Shown: positions 30,163 to 42,328 of the stretch, in pieces
Numbering within the stretch: the first letter of the stretch is position 1
How the letters are laid out: the number at the start of each line of letters is the position of its first letter
Assembly: GCA_964188305.1 (NCBI GenBank)
Contig: OZ076888.1
Origin: Podarcis bocagei
Lineage: Eukaryota
Strand: one strand, 5' to 3'
Length of the DNA stretch: 64,000 nt
The notes under the pieces: generated by a model
Told to the model about the DNA's origin: nothing
Database searches by the model: none
The model's input: only the letters and a program-made list of their open reading frames with translations
Program-made: the position numbers and the translations under genes

Positions 30163-31715
30163 TAGACACAGGTGCACAGGAACAACGGGAATCTTAGTCA
30201 TTATCGGATTTCCTAAAACATACAAGTTTTAGTGAGCAGGGAGAAACAAACCACGTAGCATTGTTTTACTTTTCACAATGTTTTTCAGGAAGACTTCAAG
30301 AGAATAGTGCAACTGTCTCCACATGCCCAGTGGAATTCTGGGGTTGTGTGTCTCAGATGCCACAAGAGAAGCCCCTTAGGGTGTACTGGAAGTAGTCTTT
30401 CATCTGCATGACTGCCTCTAAGAAAAATGCCCAGAAGTCGCACTATGCAGACTGGCATGAGCAAAATGCCGGGCACACCCAAAGCACCTCCCTGAATTTC
30501 TAGCCTCTGTTTTCAAGGCACTGTGCTTGTTAAACTAAGTTCTTAAGCAGTTATGCCAAACAAAAGCACCTGGTGAAATGATAATATGACTGATCCACCA
30601 TATGTCTACTTCTCAATTTTTCAAGATATGTCAACAGGGAGCAACTTCTGGTATTTGCTTATGTCATACCTGCCAGGGGGCAAAAATGCCCAACCCAAGT
30701 GCATGACAGACAGGCTCAGTCACAAGTTTAGGGTCTATTTTGTTTCTAAGCCACAGGAATTTGTGGGTCCACCTTAATACATAACCTTTGCCACCTGTAA
30801 CTTCTTGATGCATGAGATAAAATTGAGCACTGCTTGCATAGACTTCACCATTTTTGTTTTGTCAGGTCAAGGTGGCTTCTTCTGGTTATGCTAGTTTAGT
30901 AGCCTAAACAAAGGTCTAGGATCTTGGAATTCTAATTTCTAATGCTATGTTTCATTTATAACACTATAGGCAAACACTGATATGATTGTTAACCTCCTTG
31001 TTAACAGAATGCTCCACAGTACTATAGAAAGCCACTGTTTTACTGTTGAAAATGATTATGCGCAGCTTAGCAGGCATGGCCAAGCTCAGAGGATAAGGTT
31101 ATGAGAACTTGTCAGCAACCGTATTTGTGGTAGTCCAAATTAGTGTAGGCTGGCATTCAGGGAAGATTTATTTCATAAGAATCTACTAATAAGTGGATAA
31201 AGAATGCATAGTTTATACTAACTGAAACCTGGCTTAGGACACTTCGGGACAAAATTATAGGGATGCAGTACATTGCCCAGGCAGGTGCACTATGTGACCC
31301 ATGAGAGCAGTAAAATAGCCAGACTGTACAACAGTGACGGGATAAAATCAGGCCAAATCTTTATTGACAGCAGCAGACAGGGCAAGGGTTGGTATGGCAT
31401 TGGGTCCCTGGATCAGTTCATCATTCCACAAGCCCCATGTTGATGGGATGGATCTGCTGGGTCTGGATCGCCCCAAACCTGCACAACAGGAGTCGCCCAG
31501 TGCTGAACCTTGCTGTGGTGCAAGCCAAGCAAGCAAGGTCTCACTAGGGACCAGAGTGCAGGTTCCAACTGGGCAGATACCGAACCCACGATTGGGTTTG
31601 CCATGGTTCATCCTCCCCTCAGGCCCCTTATGGGGGCCCCCCTACACTATGTTGATCCTGACCAGTGCCATTTCCGCCCTCATACCAAAAATGTTCTTCC
31701 GTCTAACCAAGAAAG

Positions 31716-31822
31716 TTGGGAAGTTTTTAATATTTAATGCTGTAATGTTTTTAACACTCGATTGGAAGTCACCCAGAGTGGGTGGGGAAACTCAGCCAGA
31801 TGGGCGGGGTATAAATATTATT

Positions 31823-31867
<45 letters not shown>
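31716..31867 (+). mobile_element. L2-like LINE 3' end with (ATG)15 tail at 31823-31867
   Basis: CCCAGAGTGGGTGGGGAAACTCAGCCAGATGGGCGGGGTATAAATATTATT(ATG)n. Confidence 0.75.
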
Positions 31868-31869
<2 letters not shown>

Positions 31870-31946
31870 AGCCATAATTTCACTGAGGGAAAGGCAGAAA
31901 AAACCCCAACCAAGTGCCAATCAGGGAGGGGGGGAGAGAGAGAGAT

Positions 31947-31947
31947 A

Positions 31948-32014
<67 letters not shown>
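31947..32014. repeat. (AAAG)17 microsatellite
   Basis: Directly visible. Confidence 0.98.
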
Positions 32015-32015
<1 letters not shown>

Positions 32016-32080
32016 AATCCTTTCTGGCTCTGTCAACCAGCAACCCAAAGTTGCTCAGTTGGTCAGTGAAGGCTGTAAGC

Positions 32081-32231
32081 CAGTGCTTTTTTTTTTCTTC
32101 TAAAATTTTTTTTAGGGATACTCTCGTTTTCCTACTCATATTGAAATACTGCCCCTCAATGAGGCCAAACTTAGATTCACAAAATGTTTAGGGGTATGTG
32201 TACCCCTGCATCCCTCCAGAAAAAAGCACTG
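32081..32231. mobile_element. MITE with CAGTGCTTTTTT / AAAAAAGCACTG terminal inverted repeats
   Basis: 12-bp perfect TIR; no clear TSD. Confidence 0.6.
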
Positions 32232-33769
32232 TTCTGACCCAAGGGTGCCACCATGGGCAGGAAGCTCTCAAAGCAAAATGGCTGTGAGCTCCAGGGGAAG
32301 CAGCCTTATATAGGCTTTCCCCTCCCCTCTTCAGCAAGGGCTCATGGGACAGCTTTTACCTTGCCCAGTATTTTGCTGCAATCTATGGGCCGTAGCGCTG
32401 CTGGGCAAAGGGGTCCCATGCTTATTAGACACAGAATGGGGCTTGGCGTGTGCGTGAGGCTCCAGGCTCAACCCTAGTATCACAATTGGTATTTTGAATT
32501 AAAAAACAACAATTGCCAAGCATAAAGTGTTTCCTTCCAGGACTAATGCATGCACAAATGTTAAGTCTCATATGCAGTCATCCTCATGGCATCAAAACAG
32601 ACTTGGAAAATCTTTTACATTACAGATTAAGCTCACATCCACAGGGTATACCTCAGTCAAGAGCCTTGAGATATTTTCTCCATAGTGGCTGCTGTGACTG
32701 AGACAAAAGGGAGATTACTGTACTATTGTTAATAAACGATATAAATTGAGACAATATGGAGTCAAACCCATCTTTCTTTGTTACTCCTCTTATCACCAAT
32801 TGATGGTGAGTTAAGCATTCTATAACTGTTCTAATTGTTTTTTGAGAGCCAGCAAAAAGCAGTAGCTAGAGTATGAGAACTTAGTTACAATTTATGTTTT
32901 GTCATGAGGATGCTAGCAAAAAACTGCCTTCTATATAAAGTGATTGCTCTTTGACATAGCTTTTGAACTGTACACATGGGGGAACTCACAAGAAATGGTT
33001 CTTATGCCTTCACGTATGATGGAAAGAATAGATGATGTGCAATGTGATGGACCCAATCAAAATGATACAACAGGGAATCAGTTATTACAGGGTGAATGTT
33101 TTCAACATCTTCTCAGTGGCAAATACAATGTGTGTTTTGGTGTTTAGGCTGGCATGCTGTAAATCCAATGCATAGAGTGGGATGTACTCTTATTCTGATC
33201 TATGCCCCAAAATGTGAGAAGGGTGATCTGAATACAGAACAGTGAGATGTGACATGCCATAAACATGACTGCTAAGTGCCCTCTTCAGCACTCTGGAGCT
33301 TGCATTGCTCCCAGGGACTCCAGTGAGCTGCAAGTAATAAAGTAGACTGGACAACTGTGAGGCCAACCAAACACTTGCTAGAACACATAATCATGCCTGT
33401 TGCATGGCAGAGAATAGCTTACTTTGCTGCCTCCACTGCATGCATCCACAAGCAAGTGGGCTACAGAGCTGTTCATGATGGTCCAGGGAATGTCAAAACC
33501 TTCTCCAGTGAACTTTGAGAATAAAATTGGTTGCATCTGCAGCAATTTGGACTATAATTTTGTTGCAGATCCCACTGAGATGTCCAGTGCATCAGCTGAT
33601 CTTACTCTGTGGGGTCTGTTGCAGTTAGTGAGGCATTGAAGACATGAACAAGGTGCCTGCAGCAGTGCTACCAATCATGTGCTTTCTTGATCCCTGCTGC
33701 TCTTGACTGATAAGGACTAGGCAGGAAGTGGCTATGACCAGGTGGGTTCAGGGTGTGGTGGTGAGCTGG

Positions 33770-34750
33770 TTGTGCTACCATTCCTCAAGAAACCCACCCT
33801 GGACCTGTTGGTGTATGACAACTACTGCCTAGTCACCAATATCCCCATTTTGAGGAACTAGAGAGATCCACAGTAACCCAGCTGTAGGAACTCTTGGATA
33901 GTACTGATTTTCAGGACCCAACTCAGTGCCTGGATGTAGTTGTGGGATGGATGAGGGCCAGTGAGATGACGGCTCTGTAAGTAAGCAGTTCTTGGGTCAA
34001 GGAAATAATTCACCTGTTCTGGAGGGGGTGCACTCCCTCTGAAATGGTTCCATCGTTGCTACTAGAGACCCAAGTGACCATAGTGGCTAGGACTAGGAGT
34101 GCCTTTTACCAGGTTTGGCTGGTGCAGTAGCTACGATGGTTCCTGGACAGGGATAGTTTAGCCATAGTGACCCATGCACCGGGTAATCTCAGCAACGGAT
34201 TACTGCAGTGTAGCCTTTGCAGGGCTCATCCCAAGGCTGGATCAGAAGCTGCAGCCAGTACAGAATGCGGTAGCATGGCTGCTCAGTGGAGTTGCATATT
34301 GTGAATATAGCAGAGGCACGTGCATTGGCTGTCAATTTGCTACTGAGCCTGGTTTGAGGTTTCGCTGTTAGCTTATAAATGTATCCGAAAGAGTGCCTTC
34401 TCCCATATAGACTGCCCAACTCATTGAAACCAGCACATGGGAATCTTGTGGTGGCACCACAGCCACTGGTATTCTGTCTTGTATTCAACAGGTAGAGAGG
34501 TCTTTGCCTACCTGGGAAATTAGGCTTGCATAAACTGCATTATGATTTAAGTATGTCGTAAAAAGGTGTTTGCTCCAAGAGGCATCTTTTGATTAGTAAT
34601 GTTGCTGCATACACGGCGACCAGATTGGACTACTATATATTTATATATATCTATTGTTTTATACTGATTGTTTTTGTTGCTTTGTAATTCTGTGTTGTAC
34701 ACTGCTTTGGATATTTTTAAATATAAAGCAGTATATAAAGATTTTAAATA
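33770..34750 (+). mobile_element. Decayed L2 LINE ORF2 (reverse transcriptase) fragments plus 3' region
   Basis: LKKPTLDLLVYDNYCLVTNIP resembles LKKPSLDP..NYRPVSNLP; ISATDYCSVAFAGL..LDQKLQPVQNAVAWLLSG resembles SRLDYCN.L..GL....KLQ.VQNAAARLLTG. Confidence 0.75.
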
Positions 34751-35774
34751 AAATAAAATGCAGGATTTCTGCAAAAGCTGGCCTTGGGCTTCAGCTACTC
34801 CATATGAAGCAAAAATGTGGCTTTGAGCTACTTTAAAGGTTGTGTAATAAATACATACTGGAAAGGGGGGGGGGAGGAAAAGAACAGGAACTATGGGGGT
34901 GGAGGGAAGTTGGCAGGGAGCAATTATAAGAAGGGACATAGAAGAGCCTGCTGGATCAGGCCTGCAGCCCATGTAGCCCAGCCTCCTGGTCTCACAGATG
35001 GGCCAGCCAGATGCCTGAGGGAAAGCTGCAAGCAGGACCTGAGGAAAGGCTGCCATGCAACACCTTCTTTTTTCTAACAACCACACTACCTTTTGTCACA
35101 TGACTAAGAGACAGTCCCTTTGTCTGTACCCAGGAAGATTATGTAAACTTCATCACATCTTTTATTTCTGCCAAACTTCATATTCTGAGAGCCGCTTCTA
35201 ACATTAAGTTCTGAAGGGGTAAAATCTTCACACAAAGCTGCTTGTTTGAAACAGATATACTTTTTAGAATGAAATGAAAACTATTTACTTTTTAAAATGA
35301 AAACTATGGGGATTTCCATATAAATTAGGTAACTGACAGTGAATGTCTACCCAGACCATCTGTCATGTATGCTTTAGTTGAGTTGAGCTTCCTGCATTCC
35401 AGGGGGTTGGGCTAGATGGCCCTACAATTCTGTGATTCTCTATTCCCAGATAAGTGGGTACGTGATTGCAGCTGAGAGTGTTATTTTCCTAGGATTAGCA
35501 TGTCATGACGTCAGCAGTGATCACAGACACTGAGTTCAAAGCAGTAGCTGTGTTCAGCAACCAAAGTTCAGAGGTGACTTAACGGAAGGTGGATGAAGTG
35601 AACTGTCTCTACCCTTCTCTCACACCCCTATATATCAATGCCAGTCACTCCCCCACTTCACAAACCATTGCTCTGTTTTGCTTGTGGGAAATGTACACAA
35701 ACCTGTTGCCCCTTTAGAAGTATTTTTGTGTGGTGGCTAACACTGTGTTAGGTATTTATCAGCTACAATAACCC

Positions 35775-35970
35775 GAGAGCCAGAATGACATAGTTGTTAA
35801 AGTGGGGAGATGCATATTCAAGTCCCCACTCAGCCATGAAGATCACTGGATGACTGTGACCCAGTTACTCTCAGCCTAGCCAAATTCATAGGGTTGCTGT
35901 GAGAATAAAATGGGGAAAACCACTTACGCTGTTCTGGGCTTTGTGGAGGGAAGGCAGATTTTAAATGTAG
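35775..35970 (+). mobile_element. Squamate tRNA-derived SINE (Squam3-like), decayed
   Basis: GAGAGCCAG...TTCAAGTCCCCACTCAGCCATGAAG..CACTGG.TGAC...CTCTCAGCCTA...AGGGTTGCTGTGAGAATAAAATGG. Confidence 0.6.
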
Positions 35971-36160
35971 TATTACTAATAAAATGCTGATGATGAGATG
36001 TGTGGGTTGTGGTACATGCCACCCCAGGTGAGTGCTACATGCCAGAGTGGGTTGGAAACAGACCCAAAAGAACTGTATTTTATTATTTTATGTGAGCCAC
36101 CTTGGGTAGCCTTCTGGATCAAAAGGAAGAACAGAAATAAAATAGAGTAATTAACATAGA

Positions 36161-36300
36161 TGGTTGGACAGTGTTCTCGAAGCTACCAACATGAGTCTGA
36201 CCAAACTGCGGGAGACAGTGGAAGACAGGAGTGCCTGGCATGCTCTGGTCCATGGGGTCACAAAGAGTCAGACACGACTGAATGACTAAACAACAACAAC
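36161..36300 (+). mobile_element. BovB (RTE) LINE 3' end, 5'-truncated, with (CAA)n tail and 12-bp TSD AATTAACATAGA
   Basis: GGAAGACAGGAGTGCCTGGCATGCTCTGGTCCATGGGGTCACAAAGAGTCAGACACGACTGAATGACTAAACAACAACAAC; TSD at 36149-36160 and 36301-36312. Confidence 0.88.
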
Positions 36301-36312
36301 AATTAACATAGA

Positions 36313-36472
36313 AACATAGGAAGCGGCCTTGTATTGAGTCAAACAAGTGGTCCATCTAGCTCAGTATTATTTACACTGATTGGCAGCAGCTCCCCTGGCC
36401 CTACCTGGAGATTGTAGAGATGGAACTCCAGACCTTCTGTATAGAAGTCCAACTGCTCTACCACCGAGCTAC
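36313..36472 (-). mobile_element. tRNA-derived squamate SINE, decayed
   Basis: CATAGGAAGC.GCCTT...GGTCCATCTAGCTCAG...CCCTACCTGGAGAT...GACCTTCTG...GCTCTACCACCGAGCTAC (tRNA-like head at the right end). Confidence 0.6.
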
Positions 36473-36555
36473 AAATATTGATAAACCCTATGTCAGAACT
36501 CACTCCCAAACTTGTACGGCTATAGTTAAAATGAGAGATGATTAAAACAAATACA

Positions 36556-36788
36556 CAGGTACCTTGGGTTAAGAACTTAATTTGTTCTGGAGGTCTGTTC
36601 TTAACCTGAAACAGTTCTTAACCTGAAGCACCACTTTAGCTAATGGGGCCTCCTGCGCCACCAGAGCACGATTTCTGTTCTTATCCTGAAGCAAAGTTCA
36701 TAACCCGAGGTAATATTTCTGGGTTAGCGGAGTCTGTAACCTGAAGTGTATGTAACCTGAAGCGTATGTAACCCGAGGTACCACTGTA
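36556..36788. mobile_element. TcMar/Tigger-like MITE (family A)
   Basis: Right TIR CGAGGTACCACTG+TA, degenerate left TIR, internal (G)TAACCTGAA repeats; inverted sister copy at 52528-52772. Confidence 0.75.
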
Positions 36789-37039
36789 CACTTGTTTTGG
36801 CTGCAGTGACTTAGAGCCTTCTAGTAGCCCCTGCAAAAGGATGTAGTAAGAGGTTAATGGAAGGCTGGTCAACAGGTCTGCCTCCTGGGGATGTGACTGA
36901 GCCTCATGGAATCTTCCTTGTGGAGTGCCCAAGGCATAGAAAATAAAGTATGAGGTAACACAAGGTATGGGCTCATAAGTGGACATGTACATTTGTAGGT
37001 TTGAATTGTCCTCTTTTTTGTGTGAAGAAGAATCATGCC

Positions 37040-37360
37040 CAGAGGTGGAGCATATGCCTGCGCTGCCTGGGCCGGTGTGTGGGATGTGCCCCGGGGGGGG
37101 GGGGTGTGGCAGGCATCCTTGACACACTGCAGTTCAGAGCAGGAGAGGCGCGGGGAAGCTGCCACCCACTCTCCTCCTGCTTACCTCCTCTGGGTCAGCC
37201 TGTGCCAGGCACAAGCGCCGCAGCCAAGGCGCAGCTCCTTCTTGCGTAGAGCCAGGCTCCAATAAAGGAGCCTGCTGTGGAGGAGCCTGTTTGAGCCCCC
37301 TCACAAAATTGCATCCGGGGCCACGGCCCCCAGGGACCCCCCTCCCATGCTACGCCTCTG
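37040..37360. mobile_element. GC-rich hAT-type MITE with perfect 8-bp TSD ATCATGCC
   Basis: TIR CAGAGGTGGAGCAT / ATGCTACGCCTCTG; TSD at 37032-37039 and 37361-37368. Confidence 0.85.
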
Positions 37361-38140
37361 ATCATGCCGATCTAGGCTGCATGCATATGAGGCTATGCAT
37401 AGTACACCTGAAGCACTCACAATCTTACCCATGTATTGGCAGCATGCACAGATGAAATTACTTTTCTTGGAGATGCAAAGAAAGCTTTGGTTGAGTGAAT
37501 GTTGATCAGCTGTCAGATTGAGAGATCTCCCTTAGCCGGCCTGTTTTTCCTTGGATCTTTGCTTTTCCTTACTCTAGCTCCTCTGGTGGTTGGTCTTTAG
37601 ATAATACTGCCACCACTTGGAAATACTCCCATTTTTGGCTGTTATCACTTGATCAACTTACTGTGCAATTGCCGCAGCTTTACCTACATCACCACAAGTG
37701 TCTAAAACTAAGGTTTGTGAGGATTGCAGAAAATCCTCCCAGCCGTGTGGTGAGCATCTCCATACAAATGGCTTACTTACCATGTGCCAGTAAACCAGCT
37801 GCCTCTTATGATTTAGCATAGTTCAAGTGGCACCAATCACGTGAATAATGAGCCTGAGTGTGGTACCAGTCCTGAGTTTCTGCTAGTCTTCCTTGGTGTG
37901 TCTTTTCCTGTCCTGGTTCTCTTGTCTTGTAAATGTTCAGGACCTACTTTTGCTTCGCTTCTTCTGCAGCCCACATCCTGTGAAGAAGGTCTTCACTATT
38001 TACGATAAACCACGACATGGCAGCAGGCAACAAAAAAACCCTGTGAGGTTCATTGAGCTCTTGGTGGGCTGCCATCCATGTTCGGAAGCAGCTCCCCTGA
38101 GCTTGCTGCTGCTCCATGCTTCACTATTGCATCTCTTAAC

Positions 38141-38191
38141 CTTAAGCACTTGTTATGCATTGCACTTAAGCACTTGTTATGCATTGCACTT
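38141..38191. repeat. 24-bp tandem duplication CTTAAGCACTTGTTATGCATTGCA x2
   Basis: Directly visible. Confidence 0.9.
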
Positions 38192-38852
38192 GTGAATAAG
38201 ATAAATGAGCAGAAAGGTAAAAATAAATAAATCTGTATGTGAATATGTTTTATTCTAAAGTGAAATTTAGAGATAGTGTCTGCAAATGGCACGCAAATGA
38301 AAAAGAGTTTTGAGACAAAACTGGTATGTGTGTGGTCAGGGACCTACCACAATTTTGCTGGTTGGTAAAATAGGATTAGAACATACTAAGAGATACGCTG
38401 CTTTAGTTCCAAAGGCAGAATTTAACTCAGTGTTGTGTGATAACTTATTTTGTGCTACTGTTTTAATAATCATACAAAGATTAACTTTAGTGGTTGACAA
38501 ACATACCTGTAAGTTCCCATAAAAACTATGGGAAGCTATTAGGACCAAACCACTCAGACCCTGTTTAAAAGAAAAATCTACTTAAAATAAACACATCTTG
38601 ATTTATTTTTTGAAAACGATCATTTTGGAACGTAATAATTACAATGGCCGCACTGCATTTTGGATATGATGGACAAGTTGAGACACAGCACTGACTCCCT
38701 TTTAACTCTGGTTAAGAAATGGCAAGCCAGCTTTGGGAAAATACTCTCCTACCTCCCTTTCTCTGGATCAAATTGCCCTCTCCTACCTTAAGTGGAATTT
38801 CAACACTGTTGTGTACTGGCCCAATGTCACTTCAGATACAAATAATCCACTT

Positions 38853-38943
38853 CCAGAAGGGTAATCCATGTTAGTCACTCATAGCAAAAACAACAAAGAG
38901 TTTTAGCAACTTAAAGACAAACCAATTTATTGTAGCATGAACT
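38853..38943. mobile_element. Probable Penelope-like element fragment just upstream of the microexon
   Basis: CCATGTTAGTC...AGCAAAAACAACAAAGAG...TTAAAGAC.AAC..ATTTATTG resembles a common reptile PLE segment. Confidence 0.4.
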
Positions 38944-39013
38944 ATACATTAATTGCAATAAGGGATCCAAAAGCAGGAATAATGTGTTGTTTTTGTTTCA
39001 ATTTTGCTCCCAG

Positions 39014-39040
39014 TTCCAATTGCCTGATCAAAGAACTTGG
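39014..39040 (+). CDS. MECOM: MECOM 27-nt alternative microexon (9 aa, FQLPDQRTW; the rp9/+9a cassette)
   Basis: ttttgctcccag|TTCCAATTGCCTGATCAAAGAACTTGG|gtaagt; phase 0/0, same peptide as the mammalian 9-aa insert. Confidence 0.95.
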
Positions 39041-39414
39041 GTAAGTTCATTCTTTATATTTTCAATTTAAACACTGTAGAAGAAATTGCATAAGAAACGT
39101 GACATGAAAACTCATTTACTTCACTGCAACCCTACAAGTCTTTTCCCGCTAATTATTTTAGCTCTCCTAAATCACACTTGTGTCTTATTCTACTTTTCAT
39201 CAAATGCTAGTCTTTATTCCATTACACGTTCTAATGAATGGGAGTCTGCTACAAAGGACTGTATGTGCAACCGTTTCAAAGAATTGTATTAAGATTTCTA
39301 GAGGCATAAAATTGTTGTGCCAGTGACTGATCCAAAGCTCTGAGCTTACAGCAGCACAATTGCACACATAAAGCATTTTACTGTGCTGGTGTGGGCTTTG
39401 TTTGCCATCTACTA

Positions 39415-39644
39415 CAGTGGTACCTCGCAAGACGAATGCCTCGCAAGACAAAAAACTCGCTAGACGAAAGGTTTTTTCGTCCGCGATTTGCCTCGCAAGA
39501 CGAATTTCCCTATGGGCTTGCTTCGCAAGACGAAAACGTCTTGCGACTTTGTTAAGCCGTTTAAACCGTGCTTCGCAAGACGGAAAATTCGCTAGACGGC
39601 AAAAATTGCGGAATGAATTAATTTCGTCTTGCGGGGCACCACTG
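39415..39644. mobile_element. TcMar/Tigger-like MITE (family B, 230 bp), TA TSD
   Basis: TA|CAGTGGTACCTCGCAAGACGAA ... TTCGTCTTGCGGGGCACCACTG|TA; multiple internal TCGCAAGACG units. Confidence 0.9.
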
Positions 39645-42186
39645 TATAGATCAGAAGCCATCATACTGGCGAGTTTAGATGACATCCCTCACAGATCACA
39701 GCGCTCCCCTCACATGCATGTGTCAGTACATGCATAAAGCAGATCAAGCAAAACACATAGATGTGTGTTTGTGGCTGCCACAGCTAGGAAGTACCAAGCT
39801 AGGTTGGGCATCCCTGTCATCCACTCACACATTTTTTGAACATGTGATGGAGGATCTCTCTGAGCACCCACCTTTGAAACAATCTTTTGCAGATGAATCC
39901 ATGTAAAGGAATATTATATAGTCATTATTTAAGTATATTTCCCACCCACCCCAGGGAAACCCTATCGCTCAATCAGCTCAAACATCAACTGGGTTTTCTA
40001 TGGATTTATGTTTGCCCCAATTTAAAGCTAAAGAGCAGGTTTTCGCTGGGAAAGGAGCAGGGCAAGGAGAAAATCTCTTGGACCTGTGCTCTCTGGACAT
40101 GGAACAAGCGGAAGTGTGGATGAGCCTACAGTTGGCTTGGGCAAAAATGAGAAGCTCAACTGCTTCTTGTGGCACTTCATCAGTTCACCTCAGTACTCTG
40201 CACGTGACCATTACAATTTACTTCTCTCTTTGTTTTTATTTTTTTCATAGTTCGTAGCAGTACTTTGTACAGCTCCATTTTTTAATTGTGAGCCCTGAAC
40301 CTGGGGGATGAGAACTATTGATTGATTGGGCAGTTTATTAATATTTTCTTGGCGCTGTGCAAAAATTATGAAATGATGGACTACCATCCACCAAACACAA
40401 AACAAAAGTGAAACAAGGAGGGCAAGCAGATTCAAGTACCAGTTCTTCATAAATTATACTATATTCTTCATAAATGTTATGATGATGACCAGGTGGATTG
40501 TCTGCTGATGGAGGCATTTCTGAGAAAGGGCAAACTACACTGCAGTTGTTCCCACCCAAGCCAATGGAGTAGGCCTTGGAGTCTCACCTCTCCCACTGAT
40601 GCAGCCAGATAGATTTAGCTTGTGCATCATGATGAGCATTGGTGAACGGAAGCAACTACCAATAATTATAGCCAGTCACATGACAAGGTCTAACCTCCAT
40701 AAAGGTTTTCAGGTCAGACCTGCTCCTTTTTAGAACAGCAAGGGAGTTCAGGTTCAAATGAAGACCACAGATACATGTTTTTAAAACCAGGTCTGCTCTG
40801 AAAATGAGAGATGGGTGTGAGGGGTCTCATTTAATGAGCAAAACGGATATATAGCTGAGGAGTGCAGACCTTCCCTGCTACACATCTTTTCTGCAGTCTG
40901 TCGCACAGCGTCACTTTTCTGGCTCGAGTACCAAAATTGAGATCAGATTAGAGAAAGATTAGAGATTCACTTGGGGAGAAGAGCTACAGGAAAATAAGTG
41001 ATGGGAAGGTTTCGTATTTCAAGAATACGAACGTCTTCAACCCAGTTTGTTTGTTCCACTTTAACCCCGCTGTCACTTGTAGGTTTAAGGCAGTTTACAA
41101 TATTTTAGCATTTTCCCTCCCTTGCTGTATCCCACTCCTTTCTCACTGGCAGATTTGAGGAAGAGATGAAGAATGAAATTCCCAACCAAATGATCTCTCC
41201 CCTGTTTTCCTTTCTCCTATTCACATGAACAAATCCATACAATTCTTCTTGAGGGTCGCTAAAATAGACCCAAAATAAAATGTATTGGCAATGACAATGA
41301 AAAGATGCTGATATGGTCTAGATTTTTCATATTTCTTAAAAATGCACTAATTAACATAGAAAATGAACATCTGTATCATTTTTCATTTCCCATGAATTAT
41401 GATGGCCAGCCATTTTGTGAAGCAAGGCTTCAGTGGCCTAATTTATGAAATGCTAGGGTCATGTAATCCTCCGATTTCAAGGTATTAAGTCATTATTTAT
41501 TTTTAACAGACTATTTACCCTATATATCTGTTACTGTTTTTCTGTCCCTAGCTAATAAACTTTGACATAAAGGACCAAGGCCATGTTTGATGGTATCAAA
41601 CCCATCTGAGATGCTTATAAATACCGTCTCCCCTCTAGTTATGGCCATGTCTACATTTTTGGGCCTGAACTGGGAGAGCGTGCAGGTTTGCGTCACCCAA
41701 CAGTTTATAGCCTCTCTGGGACTAAAAGGGAGGTACGGGATACAAGCAGCTTCCTTTTCTAAACTTCTGAATGCAGATAGAATCAGCTATTTACGTATGT
41801 AAATCAAAATTGGTATGCTGTATAGCATTAAAATATGCTGGGTTTTTATTTATTTAAAAAACATACTTAGCCCAGATTAAGAGCATGCATTGCTTAACCA
41901 TAAGGAGCCTGTGTATGAGAGTGGAAACAAAGAACTCTCTTGCCACCCCCTAGCTCTAGGAATGTCTCTGTAGACATATAAAATCCAATCGTTGCCCTGA
42001 ATTTTTTCTTCTCTTAATATGAGGTAACATGATGTTGGTTTTGGATAAGGAATATTGTCTCCCTCGGTGAGGAAATATTTCAGCGCCAGACATCTGTTCT
42101 AGCCTTGCATTCACATGTGAATATTGGGGCAGGAAGGAATGAATAGGGGCACTATTTCTTTAATCACTCTCCTTAAACACTTATAC

Positions 42187-42328
42187 CATGCTTCCTCAAC
42201 CTCGACCCTCCGGATGTTTTTGGCTTACAACTCCCATGATTCCTAGCTAGCAGGACCAGTGGTCAGGGATGCTGGGAATTGTAGTTTCAAATTGTAGTCT
42301 CAAAATATTTGGAGGTTGAGGAAGCCTG
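42187..42328. mobile_element. hAT-type hairpin MITE with 8-bp TSD (ACTTATAC/CCTTATAC)
   Basis: TIR CATGCTTCCTCAACCT / AGGTTGAGGAAGCCTG; core TACAACTCCCAT...GGGAATTGTAG. Confidence 0.8.

Noticed and set aside
31364-32139. 194-aa ORF with poly-Met, and neighbouring poly-Asp/KKER ORFs
   Set aside because: They are kept open by (ATG)15 and (AAAG)17 repeats plus a LINE end; no domain or splice support.
36774-39427. 15-nt complementarity between MITE ends on either side of the microexon (possible loop-out)
   Set aside because: The 39415 element has a longer local partner in its own right TIR, so the long-range pairing is unlikely to dominate.
39415-39644. CRISPR-like repeated TCGCAAGACG units
   Set aside because: Eukaryotic locus; the units are short, irregularly spaced and enclosed by TIRs with TA TSD, so they are MITE subterminal repeats.
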